From Clostridia bacterium (GTDB taxonomy: Bacteria; Bacillota; Clostridia; Oscillospirales; CAG-272): DNA of 56,159 bases. Numbering within the stretch: position 1 is the stretch's first letter; each line of letters starts with the position of its first letter. Below, piece after piece: positions 36,428-44,798 of the stretch. The stretch covers positions 1-56,159 of the forward strand of contig JAFVYY010000053.1 of NCBI GenBank assembly GCA_017508405.1, written 5' to 3'. The notes under the pieces are model-generated. The model saw only the letters and a list, made by a program, of their open reading frames with translations. It was not told where the DNA came from and ran no database searches. Both the position numbers and the translations under genes were made by a program.

Positions 36428-38725
36428 ATGGAAGTATTAAAACTTGAAAATGTGTCCAAATTTTACACATCAAAAACAAGTGTAGTTTTGGGACTTTCGA
36501 GTATAAACCTTTCCTTCAGTGTGGGAGAGTTCGTAGCTATAACAGGTGAAAGCGGAAGCGGTAAATCTACCCTTGCACACATTCTTGGCGGAATCATCCC
36601 ATACGAGTCGGGAGAAATGCTTATATACGGAGAGCCAACATCTCACTACAGCAGTTCCGACTGGGAAAGCTATCGTCGTGATCTTATAAGCTTTATATCC
36701 CAAAGTTACGGTATACTTGTTGGTAATACCGTTCTTGAAAATGTTGAAGCGGCATTACGCTTTGGCGGGCTTGAGAAGGACGAGGTAAGGGAAAAGGCCC
36801 TTGATATTTTGAGAGAGGTAGAGCTTTACGATTTCAGAAACCGCAATGCAGGAAAGCTTTCAAGTGGTCAAAAGCAAAGGCTTTCCATCGCTCGTGCGCT
36901 TGCTAAGCCATCTAAAATTCTTATAGCGGATGAGCCGACGGGAAACCTTGACAGCGAAAACAGTGATAAGATCATTAAGCTTTTACATAAAGCATCAAAG
37001 GATCATCTTGTTATTCTTATCACTCATGAATTTTCCGAGGCTGAAAATTATGCAACGAGAAGAATTATACTTTCTGATGCGTCTGTCATTACAGACGCTC
37101 CTTTGAGAGCGCCTTATTGTGATGAAATTGCAGACGGCGACAAGAAAATTGAAGATAAGGGAAAGAAAAAGCAGACAAGGGGCAGAACGTCAAAAAAGCA
37201 TATAAAATCTCTTTCTCCCTACGTTACGTATTTGACTATAAAATCACGTCCTGTATTTTCAACCATAGTCAGTATTCTTCTTGCATTCACGTTGATCATA
37301 ACCTTCGTATTTCTTGGAACGTTTACCATCGCTCTTGACGATTCGTCTACACGAATTTATGACGATTCCGTATTTTTAAACGGTGATAAAACCCGATTGA
37401 TAATCGTAAAGTCCAACAATAAGTCCTTTACAGATGAAGAGCTTGATGAAATTCTTGATGTCGGTCACGTGAAAAACTTAAGGCTGTGGGGAAGTATTAC
37501 CGATACAAACTATTACTACAGAAAAGATTACGATTACAGCATATATCAGGTTCCCAAGGAAGAGGAAGTAAACTACGGACAGGGCAAGGTACATATGATA
37601 GATATGGTTCGTTTTTATTCCAACGATCTCTATATGTCCACAGTGCCCATAACGGAAAAAAATATCATTGAAGAGGGTAGATCTCCTACAGGAATGTATG
37701 AGGTCCTTTCCGCAGACCCGTCACATAAGGTGGGCGATATGGTAACCGTACATATAAGAAACAGAAGATGGGAAAAGGATGTATACATTTCCATCCGCTT
37801 TAAAGTTGTAGGAAAGACTAATTATGGAAGCGGACTTTATTTCTCTGACGCTATGGCCAACTTTATTGATTATTCTGTGTTTGAAGGTAAAATCGCTACG
37901 TTATTCCTTCCATATGAAAAAGACAGCTTTACTGTAGCTATACCCTCGTTCAACATAGACAGTCTCGCTGAGAATCAATTTCTTCATCCGGGTAATATTT
38001 CAACCAAATCTATAGACGTTGGAGTAGAGATACCGTTCAATGAATTCAAAAGAGAAGATGACGTATTGTTCCTCGTTAAGTTGGGTATTTATAATAGCCA
38101 ACACAGTAATCTAAGACTTGTTAATGAGAAAATATACGAGGAGTTTATGCCTCATAATGAATCCAATCAGGTTTCAGTTCAAATCGCGGATTATTCATAC
38201 ACGGATCGAGTGATGGAGGAGTTAAACGAGCTTGGTTATCTCGTTGTCAGTCCTTATCGTATAGGCGCTGTTGAGATTGACGAGGAGCTTTCCGATCAGA
38301 GACTTGTTACCCTCGGCGTATCGATTGCGGCATTTGCTCTTACCGTAGTTCTTCAGTTCATACTTATGAAGGCTATGTTTAATTCCATAACGGGTAGATA
38401 TAAGCTTATGTCCAATATCGGTCTTACAGCCAAAACCGCATACGGTTCCGTTGCACTTATGATGCTGTTCTATACCATACTGGGAGAAGCATTGGGACTT
38501 GGAATCATACTGATTCTGAACGCTATCAGATTCAAATATGTTTCGGATATCTTTAAGTACGTCAGTGCAGGCATTATGCTTGTATACGTGCTTTGCCATG
38601 TCATCCTTTGCGCTATGTCCCTTCTTTCCGTATGTAAATCTGTAAAGAAGCAGGTATTTGAAACTGAAAAGGCAGAAGAGGATATAGATTTCAGATTAAT
38701 GGAGGAGGTGGAAGTAAATGATTAA
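36428..38725 (+). CDS. MacB-like ABC transporter, fused ATPase + FtsX-type permease (subunit 1)
   Basis: ATPase motifs [27 protein letters not shown] and ITHE. Then 1 TM segment, an extracytoplasmic domain of about 330 aa, and 3 C-terminal TM segments (FtsX topology). Confidence 0.8.
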   Translation: MEVLKLENVSKFYTSKTSVVLGLSSINLSFSVGEFVAITGESGSGKSTLAHILGGIIPYESGEMLIYGEPTSHYSSSDWESYRRDLISFISQSYGILVGNTVLENVEAALRFGGLEKDEVREKALDILREVELYDFRNRNAGKLSSGQKQRLSIARALAKPSKILIADEPTGNLDSENSDKIIKLLHKASKDHLVILITHEFSEAENYATRRIILSDASVITDAPLRAPYCDEIADGDKKIEDKGKKKQTRGRTSKKHIKSLSPYVTYLTIKSRPVFSTIVSILLAFTLIITFVFLGTFTIALDDSSTRIYDDSVFLNGDKTRLIIVKSNNKSFTDEELDEILDVGHVKNLRLWGSITDTNYYYRKDYDYSIYQVPKEEEVNYGQGKVHMIDMVRFYSNDLYMSTVPITEKNIIEEGRSPTGMYEVLSADPSHKVGDMVTVHIRNRRWEKDVYISIRFKVVGKTNYGSGLYFSDAMANFIDYSVFEGKIATLFLPYEKDSFTVAIPSFNIDSLAENQFLHPGNISTKSIDVGVEIPFNEFKREDDVLFLVKLGIYNSQHSNLRLVNEKIYEEFMPHNESNQVSVQIADYSYTDRVMEELNELGYLVVSPYRIGAVEIDEELSDQRLVTLGVSIAAFALTVVLQFILMKAMFNSITGRYKLMSNIGLTAKTAYGSVALMMLFYTILGEALGLGIILILNAIRFKYVSDIFKYVSAGIMLVYVLCHVILCAMSLLSVCKSVKKQVFETEKAEEDIDFRLMEEVEVND

Positions 38726-41201
38726 GGTCGAAAACCTAAGAAAGGTTTACGATAAGGGTACAAAGCAAGAAAACGAAGTGCTTCACAATCTTTCCTTCCA
38801 GCTTCCGGATACAGGCTTTGTATGTATTCTTGGTACATCGGGAAGCGGAAAAACAAGCTTGCTTAACGCAATAGGCGGACTCGATACATTTGACGGCGGT
38901 ACAATCATCACCGAAAACACAGAAATCAAGCGTTCTCTTTCCAAGGAGATGGAGAGAGAAAGAAATGCCAATTTCGGCTATATTTTCCAGAATTATTATT
39001 TGTTGACTGAGCATTCTGTATCCTATAACGTATTACTCGGAATGCATTCTCTTGATATACCTTATGAGGATAAGCTCAAGAGAGTTAAGGAAGCTCTTTC
39101 AAGGGTAGATATGCTTAGATACAGAAAGCGTCCCGTTGGAGAGCTGTCGGGAGGACAGCAGCAAAGAGTTGCTATAGCAAGAGCAATTGCGCGTCGCCCC
39201 CGTGTTATTTTTGCTGATGAGCCTACAGGAAACCTTGACGCATCAAATACAAGAAACATATGTACTATCCTCAAAGAGCTTTCTAAGGAAAGCCTTGTGG
39301 TAATGGTTACGCACGAAAGGGAGATTGCAGAGTTTTTCGCTGATAGAATAATTACAGTTGACAGCGGAAATATTGTATCCGATTCTACTGAATGGAAGCG
39401 TGGAATTATGGATGCGGGAGAAAAGGATACCGTGTATTCCGGAGATTATTCGGAAGAGAATATCAGCATTGCCAATCTTTCTGTAAGAATGCTTTCGTCC
39501 GAGGATGCGGCTCCCGTAGCTCTTACGGTTGTAGCAGAGAAGGATAGAATTATTATTAAATTTGACGATAAAAGAGTAGTTTTGTCATCAACCGCAGCAC
39601 GTCCTCCATTTCTTAAAAACGGAGAGCATCCTATTCTTACTGACAAAAGCTTTTCCCAAATGGATAAACAACACGGTGATTTATCAGGCGGAGAAAAAAA
39701 GGAAAGTACAAAGCGTTTTCTCGGTGTCGGATTCCTTTTTAACGAGGCTAAGGGTTCCATCTCCAAAAAGAAGCTTAACAGATTCGGTCTTGGAGTATTT
39801 ATTATAATTCTTACTCTCATTCTTTCTATTTCCGTTTCTGATTTTGTTACTGCTTCTCATCTTGATCCGGAAGATTATATTAACCACGATTCACACACGT
39901 TATTATTCGACTTTATAGGAGGTCCCGCTACATCAGGCGGAACTATAACCTATGCTATGTCTCAATATGTTGAATATCTTGAGAACTCAGGCATAGATTT
40001 TGATATTATTCCAAACGCAAGAGGAAATTTTGTGTTTAAGGATGATACCGTAAAGCAGATAAGTAATGAGGGTATGGAGCTCACCGGTTATTCTCTTGTA
40101 AATATTTCACGTTTTGATAAGACAACTCTCATAGCGGGAAGAATGCCAAAGAATAATAATGAAATAATCGTTGACCGTTGGGTTCTTGATCAGATGCTTA
40201 AGGAAGACGGTATATTGCAGAATATGATCACCGATGTTATGTATTTCCTTGGTAAAACCGTTGAGAGTCCTATGCAGACGGACTATTATTGTCCTAAAAT
40301 TGTCGGCATATGTGATTCCGGAGAGCCATCGATTTATATAAGCACTTTGGGTCTTATGGCTATCGGTAAGGGCGGTTCACCCATAATTTCCTTATCTGAA
40401 TATAAGGAGCTTACAGGATTTGACCCTAACTACGTTCTTCAAACAAACGAATGTATTGCTCTTGATAAGGAGTATGATTTGGTTCCGGGTAAGAGTCAGA
40501 CACGAAGCTTAGTAACAGGAGAGTCGTTTATAGTAAAGGATAGCTATGTAGGTCTTCCTGCCAGCACGGACATAAGAGCGACGCTTGTAGTCAGTGATGA
40601 GGTTATAGAACAGCTTTATTATTCAATGATTGCAAGGGGAGAGAGTACGCGTGTAAATTCTTTTTCCGTGTGGACAAAAGATAAGGACAGCCTAAGGGCT
40701 TACCTTAATAAGGGGCTTACTCCCTATCTTACAAATATGCTTACCGTGTCATTTGCCGATTACAATGCTGCAGAATACAATGATTATCTCAGCAATATTA
40801 ACACTCGACAGAGCGGCAGAGTAATAGTAATAGCATCTGTTATTCTTCTTTCTCTTGTAATGCTTTATTTGATGCAGCGTTCAAGGATAAAGGAAAGAAT
40901 GGATCTGGTTACCGTTTACAGATTGCTTGGAGTTCCCAAGAGAAATATGATGCTGATTTTTGCTTTTGAAAGTGTTATAACGACTTTGAAATTCAGCTTG
41001 CCAACGGTTGCGCTTATATTTGCAGCAATACAGGTTCTTTCCCGTGTGGAGGCATTGGAACAAATGCTTATTTTCCCATGGTGGGCAGCGCTTCTTACAT
41101 TTGCCGCTATTCTTGGTATAAGACTTATATTTGCTTTGATTCCTATATTTACTTTGAATCGCAAGCCGCCTGCACGTCTTGCCGCAGATTACGATTTCTA
41201 A
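38718..41201 (+). CDS. MacB-like ABC transporter, fused ATPase + FtsX-type permease (subunit 2)
   Basis: 8-nt overlap with subunit 1. ATPase motifs [27 protein letters not shown] and VTHE. Then an extra cytoplasmic linker of about 110 aa, 1 TM segment, a large external domain and 3 TM segments. Confidence 0.8.
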   Translation: MIKVENLRKVYDKGTKQENEVLHNLSFQLPDTGFVCILGTSGSGKTSLLNAIGGLDTFDGGTIITENTEIKRSLSKEMERERNANFGYIFQNYYLLTEHSVSYNVLLGMHSLDIPYEDKLKRVKEALSRVDMLRYRKRPVGELSGGQQQRVAIARAIARRPRVIFADEPTGNLDASNTRNICTILKELSKESLVVMVTHEREIAEFFADRIITVDSGNIVSDSTEWKRGIMDAGEKDTVYSGDYSEENISIANLSVRMLSSEDAAPVALTVVAEKDRIIIKFDDKRVVLSSTAARPPFLKNGEHPILTDKSFSQMDKQHGDLSGGEKKESTKRFLGVGFLFNEAKGSISKKKLNRFGLGVFIIILTLILSISVSDFVTASHLDPEDYINHDSHTLLFDFIGGPATSGGTITYAMSQYVEYLENSGIDFDIIPNARGNFVFKDDTVKQISNEGMELTGYSLVNISRFDKTTLIAGRMPKNNNEIIVDRWVLDQMLKEDGILQNMITDVMYFLGKTVESPMQTDYYCPKIVGICDSGEPSIYISTLGLMAIGKGGSPIISLSEYKELTGFDPNYVLQTNECIALDKEYDLVPGKSQTRSLVTGESFIVKDSYVGLPASTDIRATLVVSDEVIEQLYYSMIARGESTRVNSFSVWTKDKDSLRAYLNKGLTPYLTNMLTVSFADYNAAEYNDYLSNINTRQSGRVIVIASVILLSLVMLYLMQRSRIKERMDLVTVYRLLGVPKRNMMLIFAFESVITTLKFSLPTVALIFAAIQVLSRVEALEQMLIFPWWAALLTFAAILGIRLIFALIPIFTLNRKPPARLAADYDF

Positions 41202-41212
41202 TAAAATAACTA

Positions 41213-41270
41213 AACAGTACGGTGCGTTTATACTCTGTATACCAACAACGCTTACCGTGCTGTTTTTTTG
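41213..41270. terminator. Long hairpin terminator between convergent genes
   Basis: Outer stem ACAGTACGGT / ACCGTGCTGT with inner pairings, followed by TTTTTTT (41263-41269). Confidence 0.7.
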
Positions 41271-42071
41271 TCAAAAGTGGGCGGGAGTGTTTGTAATTTT
41301 AATGTTTTCACCTGTTTTATAGAAAACTTTTTCTATTGTTGATGCGATAATGTCAGCGAATGAATCAACGCATATATCAACGTCGCTCGGAGAAACATAA
41401 TATCCTTTCATTTTTATATTTTTTGCAATAGAGCTTAAATCCGAAACTGTAGGCACTCCTATGGAAATTACGGGTACGCCAACAGTTTTTTTGCTTATTT
41501 CGTTTTTATGATTTCCAACACCGCTTCCCGGCATGATTCCCTGAGCGGAAAGCTGGATGGTAGATAATAATCTTTCCGGGTCTTTTGCGCATAGAGAATC
41601 AACTGCTACAATGAGATCGCACTTTGAAATAGTTGATGCGTTTTTAATCGTGTTGAATGTGGAAAATCCGCTTTGCCCCTCAACTCCCGGGGATAAAAGG
41701 TAAACTTTATTTACAAAATATTTTAACGTAACGGTTGGATACAGCTTGTCCGTAACGTACGGACCAAGTGAATCTGCCGTTATATTCCGATTACCTAATC
41801 CGCAAATCAAAATGCTGCTTCCACTGGTCAATTCTTCCGGAATAAGCTCCTTCAGGCATTTTGATACGGTATCGGTTACGGAGTGCAGATAGTCGTCGTT
41901 GTACATATAGGTTTTACCGGTGTAGATAATTACGGATTCCGTATTTTTACTTGCCTTTGACTCAAGAAAGATGCAAGAAATTTCATTTATTTCCTTGGAA
42001 TTTAGATTATATTTTGACTTTTCTTTAAGTGATTTTTCACAACCGAGGTCGGTGCGATAATATTTTTTCAT
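41271..42071 (-). CDS. gpr: Germination protease (spore endopeptidase GPR)
   Basis: YRTDLGCE N-terminus, CGLGNRNITADSLGP, IAVDSL, PGSGVGN and GVPVISIGVPTV blocks are collinear with B. subtilis GPR. It is shorter at the C-terminus. Confidence 0.88.
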   Translation of the reverse strand: MKKYYRTDLGCEKSLKEKSKYNLNSKEINEISCIFLESKASKNTESVIIYTGKTYMYNDDYLHSVTDTVSKCLKELIPEELTSGSSILICGLGNRNITADSLGPYVTDKLYPTVTLKYFVNKVYLLSPGVEGQSGFSTFNTIKNASTISKCDLIVAVDSLCAKDPERLLSTIQLSAQGIMPGSGVGNHKNEISKKTVGVPVISIGVPTVSDLSSIAKNIKMKGYYVSPSDVDICVDSFADIIASTIEKVFYKTGENIKITNTPAHF

Positions 42072-42170
42072 AAAAACCTCTTTTTTTGAAATTTTAAGTA
42101 AAATTTATGTTGAATAAGGAAGTAAAATGTGATATCATAATAATGTATAAGCTCAAAAGGGGATGTTTAA

Positions 42171-42725
42171 ATGAGTAATTTTATAAAAGACAAAAACGAA
42201 ATAAAAATTTTTATACTTTATCTTATGGACAGAATAGGATATCCGGTTAAATTCAACGATGTCTGCAGCATACTTTATCAGGAAAATATAGTAAGTTACT
42301 TTGAATGCGGAGAGTGCTTTACCGAGCTTGTGGATGCTAAGCATATAACTGAGCTTCCTAAGGAAGAGGGCGAGGAAGAAAGCCTTTACATCGTATCTTC
42401 AACGGGAAAGACTATAGCTGTAGAATTAAGTGATACTATTGCCGCAAGCATAAGAGAATCAAGCTACCGAAGCGCTATAAGACATCTTTCCTTTGAAAAG
42501 AGAGGCGCAACAACGGATTCTTACATAAAATCTCTCGATAACGGAAAGTTTATGGTGCACTGTGAAATCGCAGAATGCGGAAGAAAGGTGCTTGACATAA
42601 ACGTTGAGGTCGACTCAAAAATTGAAGCAGAAAGAATGGTAAGGAATTTTAACCGCCGCCCTGAAATAGTTTATAGAGGGACGTTGGCTCTGGTATCCGG
42701 AGAAACAAATTACATTTTTGAATGA
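42171..42725 (+). CDS. DUF4364 family protein (putative winged-helix regulator)
   Basis: The N-terminal KIFILYLMDRIGYPVKFNDV pattern resembles DUF4364 proteins. Assignment is from memory. Confidence 0.5.
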   Translation: MSNFIKDKNEIKIFILYLMDRIGYPVKFNDVCSILYQENIVSYFECGECFTELVDAKHITELPKEEGEEESLYIVSSTGKTIAVELSDTIAASIRESSYRSAIRHLSFEKRGATTDSYIKSLDNGKFMVHCEIAECGRKVLDINVEVDSKIEAERMVRNFNRRPEIVYRGTLALVSGETNYIFE

Positions 42726-42816
42726 TTGATGTTTGCAACAAATGTTGAAAAATTGGTTATTTTTCACAAAAAAACGCAAAAAAAATTGTAATTTTCTAAA
42801 AATATGTGAAAAACGC

Positions 42817-42845
42817 TTGACAGAGAGATTTTGTGTTGTTATAAT
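42817..42845 (+). promoter_or_regulatory. Perfect sigma-A consensus promoter
   Basis: TTGACA at 42817-42822, 17-nt spacer, TATAAT at 42840-42845. Confidence 0.75.
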
Positions 42846-42869
42846 ATAAAATATGGTGGAGTAGTACAT

Positions 42870-43424
42870 ATGGAAGAGCTTATGAGAATTGTAGAAAAGG
42901 CGCGTAACGGCGACAGCTTCGCTTTTGCAACGCTTCTTTCAAAGTATGATGCCTTACTTAAAAGTATGGCTAAAAAGTATTCTGATATGTGCGGCGCATC
43001 CGAAGAACAGTATGACGACTTTTTGCAGGAGAGTAAGATGGCGTTTTATAATTCCGTTCTTACATATAATGCAAGCTGTGAGGTTACCTTCGGTGCATAT
43101 GCAAAGGTATGTGTGAGAAACAGGCTTGTGTCTTGTGTGCGCACGTTCAACTCCCAAAAAAGGCAAAAACGCTCTGATTCTAAAGATAACTACGATTTGG
43201 AAAATCCGCAGGAGACCCTGTTAGCGCGAGAGCTTGAAAAAAAGCTTTTTTCCCTTGCTCAGGATTGCTTATCAGCTTATGAAAGGAAAATCTTCACCTT
43301 CTACATCAGAGGAGAGAGAGCTAAAGAGATCTCTCAGAAGATTGGTAAGAGCGAAAGATCTGTTAATAACGCTATTTACAGGATAAAAGTAAAGCTTAAG
43401 CAGGTCACAGAGAATGATACTTAG
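42870..43424 (+). CDS. Sigma-70 family RNA polymerase sigma factor, SigH-like
   Basis: Region 2 (DDFLQESKMAFYNSV, FGAYAKVCVRNRL) and a region 4 HTH (RAKEISQKIGKSERSVNNAIYRIKVKL). The start is ATG 42870, because the track start lies inside the promoter. The stop codon is TAG. Confidence 0.8.
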   Translation: MEELMRIVEKARNGDSFAFATLLSKYDALLKSMAKKYSDMCGASEEQYDDFLQESKMAFYNSVLTYNASCEVTFGAYAKVCVRNRLVSCVRTFNSQKRQKRSDSKDNYDLENPQETLLARELEKKLFSLAQDCLSAYERKIFTFYIRGERAKEISQKIGKSERSVNNAIYRIKVKLKQVTENDT

Positions 43425-43472
43425 CGTAATGCTTTGTATATAAATTTCTACCCAAAGGTAAGGAGAAAAAAG

Positions 43473-43748
43473 ATGTTTGAGGACAAGACATTAAAGTGCA
43501 AAGAGTGTGGTCAGGATTTCGTGTTCACAGCAGGTGAGCAGGAGTTCTATCAGGAAAAGGGATTTCAGAATGAGCCCCAGAGATGCAAGGCTTGCAGAGA
43601 TGCAAAGAAGAATGCAGCTAAGGCTCCTCGTGAAATGTTTACCACAACTTGCGCAAAGTGCGGTAAGGAAGCAAAGGTTCCTTTCCAGCCCAACAGCGAC
43701 AGACCTGTATACTGCAGTGAGTGCTTCGCTGAAATGAAAAATCTCTAA
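43473..43748 (+). CDS. Small double CxxC zinc-ribbon protein (zf-trcl-like)
   Basis: CKECG..17..CKAC and CAKCG..17..CSEC motifs, with the FTAGEQEFY motif. AAGGAG RBS lies upstream. Confidence 0.75.
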   Translation: MFEDKTLKCKECGQDFVFTAGEQEFYQEKGFQNEPQRCKACRDAKKNAAKAPREMFTTTCAKCGKEAKVPFQPNSDRPVYCSECFAEMKNL

Positions 43749-43949
43749 TATTTCGCATATACGGGAATATCTGTAAGAGCTGTGCTCTTTAACTAACATA
43801 TATTTTTGTTAAAAAATTTAGGATTTGATAAAAACGGACTTTTATGATTTGTAAAGGTCCGCTTTTATTTTTTATTTTAAATTTTTAAAAGGACTGTACA
43901 AAATAAAATATATATGATAAAATAACTATGTATAAATATTATTGACAGG

Positions 43950-44795
43950 GTGATTGAAGTGAAAAACGATAAGACATTCAATAAAAGCAATAAAACGGGA
44001 AAGAGTACATATTCCGCTCCCCGTTTTGAAGATAGAGAACTTAAGGTTGAAGGAGAATTAAGCGGTGTTGTAAGCGGAAGAAATGCCGTAAGCGAGCTTC
44101 TTAAAACCGATAGAGCCATAGACAAAATATATGTAAGAAAAGGAAATCACGAGGGCTCTATCACTGTCATAGTTGCTAAAGCTCTTGAAAAAAGAATTCC
44201 TGTTGTTGAGGTCGAGGATAAAAAGCTTGATTTCATAAGCGGCGGTGTAAATCATCAGGGTATTGTAGCAATGGCAGCGATGAAGGATTACGTTAGCGTG
44301 GATCGCATACTTGAAATTGCTGAGGAAAGAGGGGAAAAGCCTCTTATCGTAATTTGCGACTGTATAGAGGATCCTCACAATCTCGGAGCTATAATAAGAT
44401 GCGCAGAGTGTGCAGGCGCTCACGGAATCATTATTCCCAAAAGACATGCAGTGGGAATTACTCCGGCTGTTTATAAGTCCTCTGCGGGAGCGATTGAGCA
44501 TATGGCTATTGCAAAGGTATCAAACATTGCAACTACAATAGAGGAGCTTAAGAAAAAGGGCGTTTGGATTTTTGCATCCGAGGCCGGTGGTGCTCCTTAT
44601 TATGAAACGGATTTTAATTGCGCTGCAGCTATTATTCTCGGCTCTGAGGGTAATGGAGTTGGCAGACTGATAAAAGAAAGAAGCGATTATATAGTTTCTA
44701 TACCTATGTACGGACAGGTTAATTCTCTTAACGTGTCTACCGCCGCATCTGTAATACTTTGCCATGCGGCAAGAATGCAAAGAGAGGGGAAGTAA
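43950..44795 (+). CDS. rlmB: 23S rRNA (guanosine-2'-O)-methyltransferase, SpoU/TrmH family (RlmB-like)
   Basis: GRNAV substrate-binding domain plus SpoU motifs DPHNLGAIIR, GSEGNG and SLNVS. The GTG start and the ~40-aa N-terminal extension are uncertain. Confidence 0.8.
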   Translation: MIEVKNDKTFNKSNKTGKSTYSAPRFEDRELKVEGELSGVVSGRNAVSELLKTDRAIDKIYVRKGNHEGSITVIVAKALEKRIPVVEVEDKKLDFISGGVNHQGIVAMAAMKDYVSVDRILEIAEERGEKPLIVICDCIEDPHNLGAIIRCAECAGAHGIIIPKRHAVGITPAVYKSSAGAIEHMAIAKVSNIATTIEELKKKGVWIFASEAGGAPYYETDFNCAAAIILGSEGNGVGRLIKERSDYIVSIPMYGQVNSLNVSTAASVILCHAARMQREGK

Positions 44796-44798
44796 GCT

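Noticed and set aside
36363-36443. A small upstream ORF (ATG at 36380, MCGFNTKPLHLYVRMLKKLGEKLWKY) overlapping the MacB-like gene start
   Set aside because: The nearest AGGAG is about 17 nt upstream of its ATG, which is too far. With no conservation information it is not distinguishable from chance.
42831-42869. The track start of the sigma-factor ORF at 42831, and similarly 43434 for the zinc-ribbon ORF, 25772 for ytfJ and 35599 for mecA
   Set aside because: These upstream starts lie inside promoter elements or lack an RBS. Downstream ATGs with AGGAG/GGAGG-type RBSs fit better.
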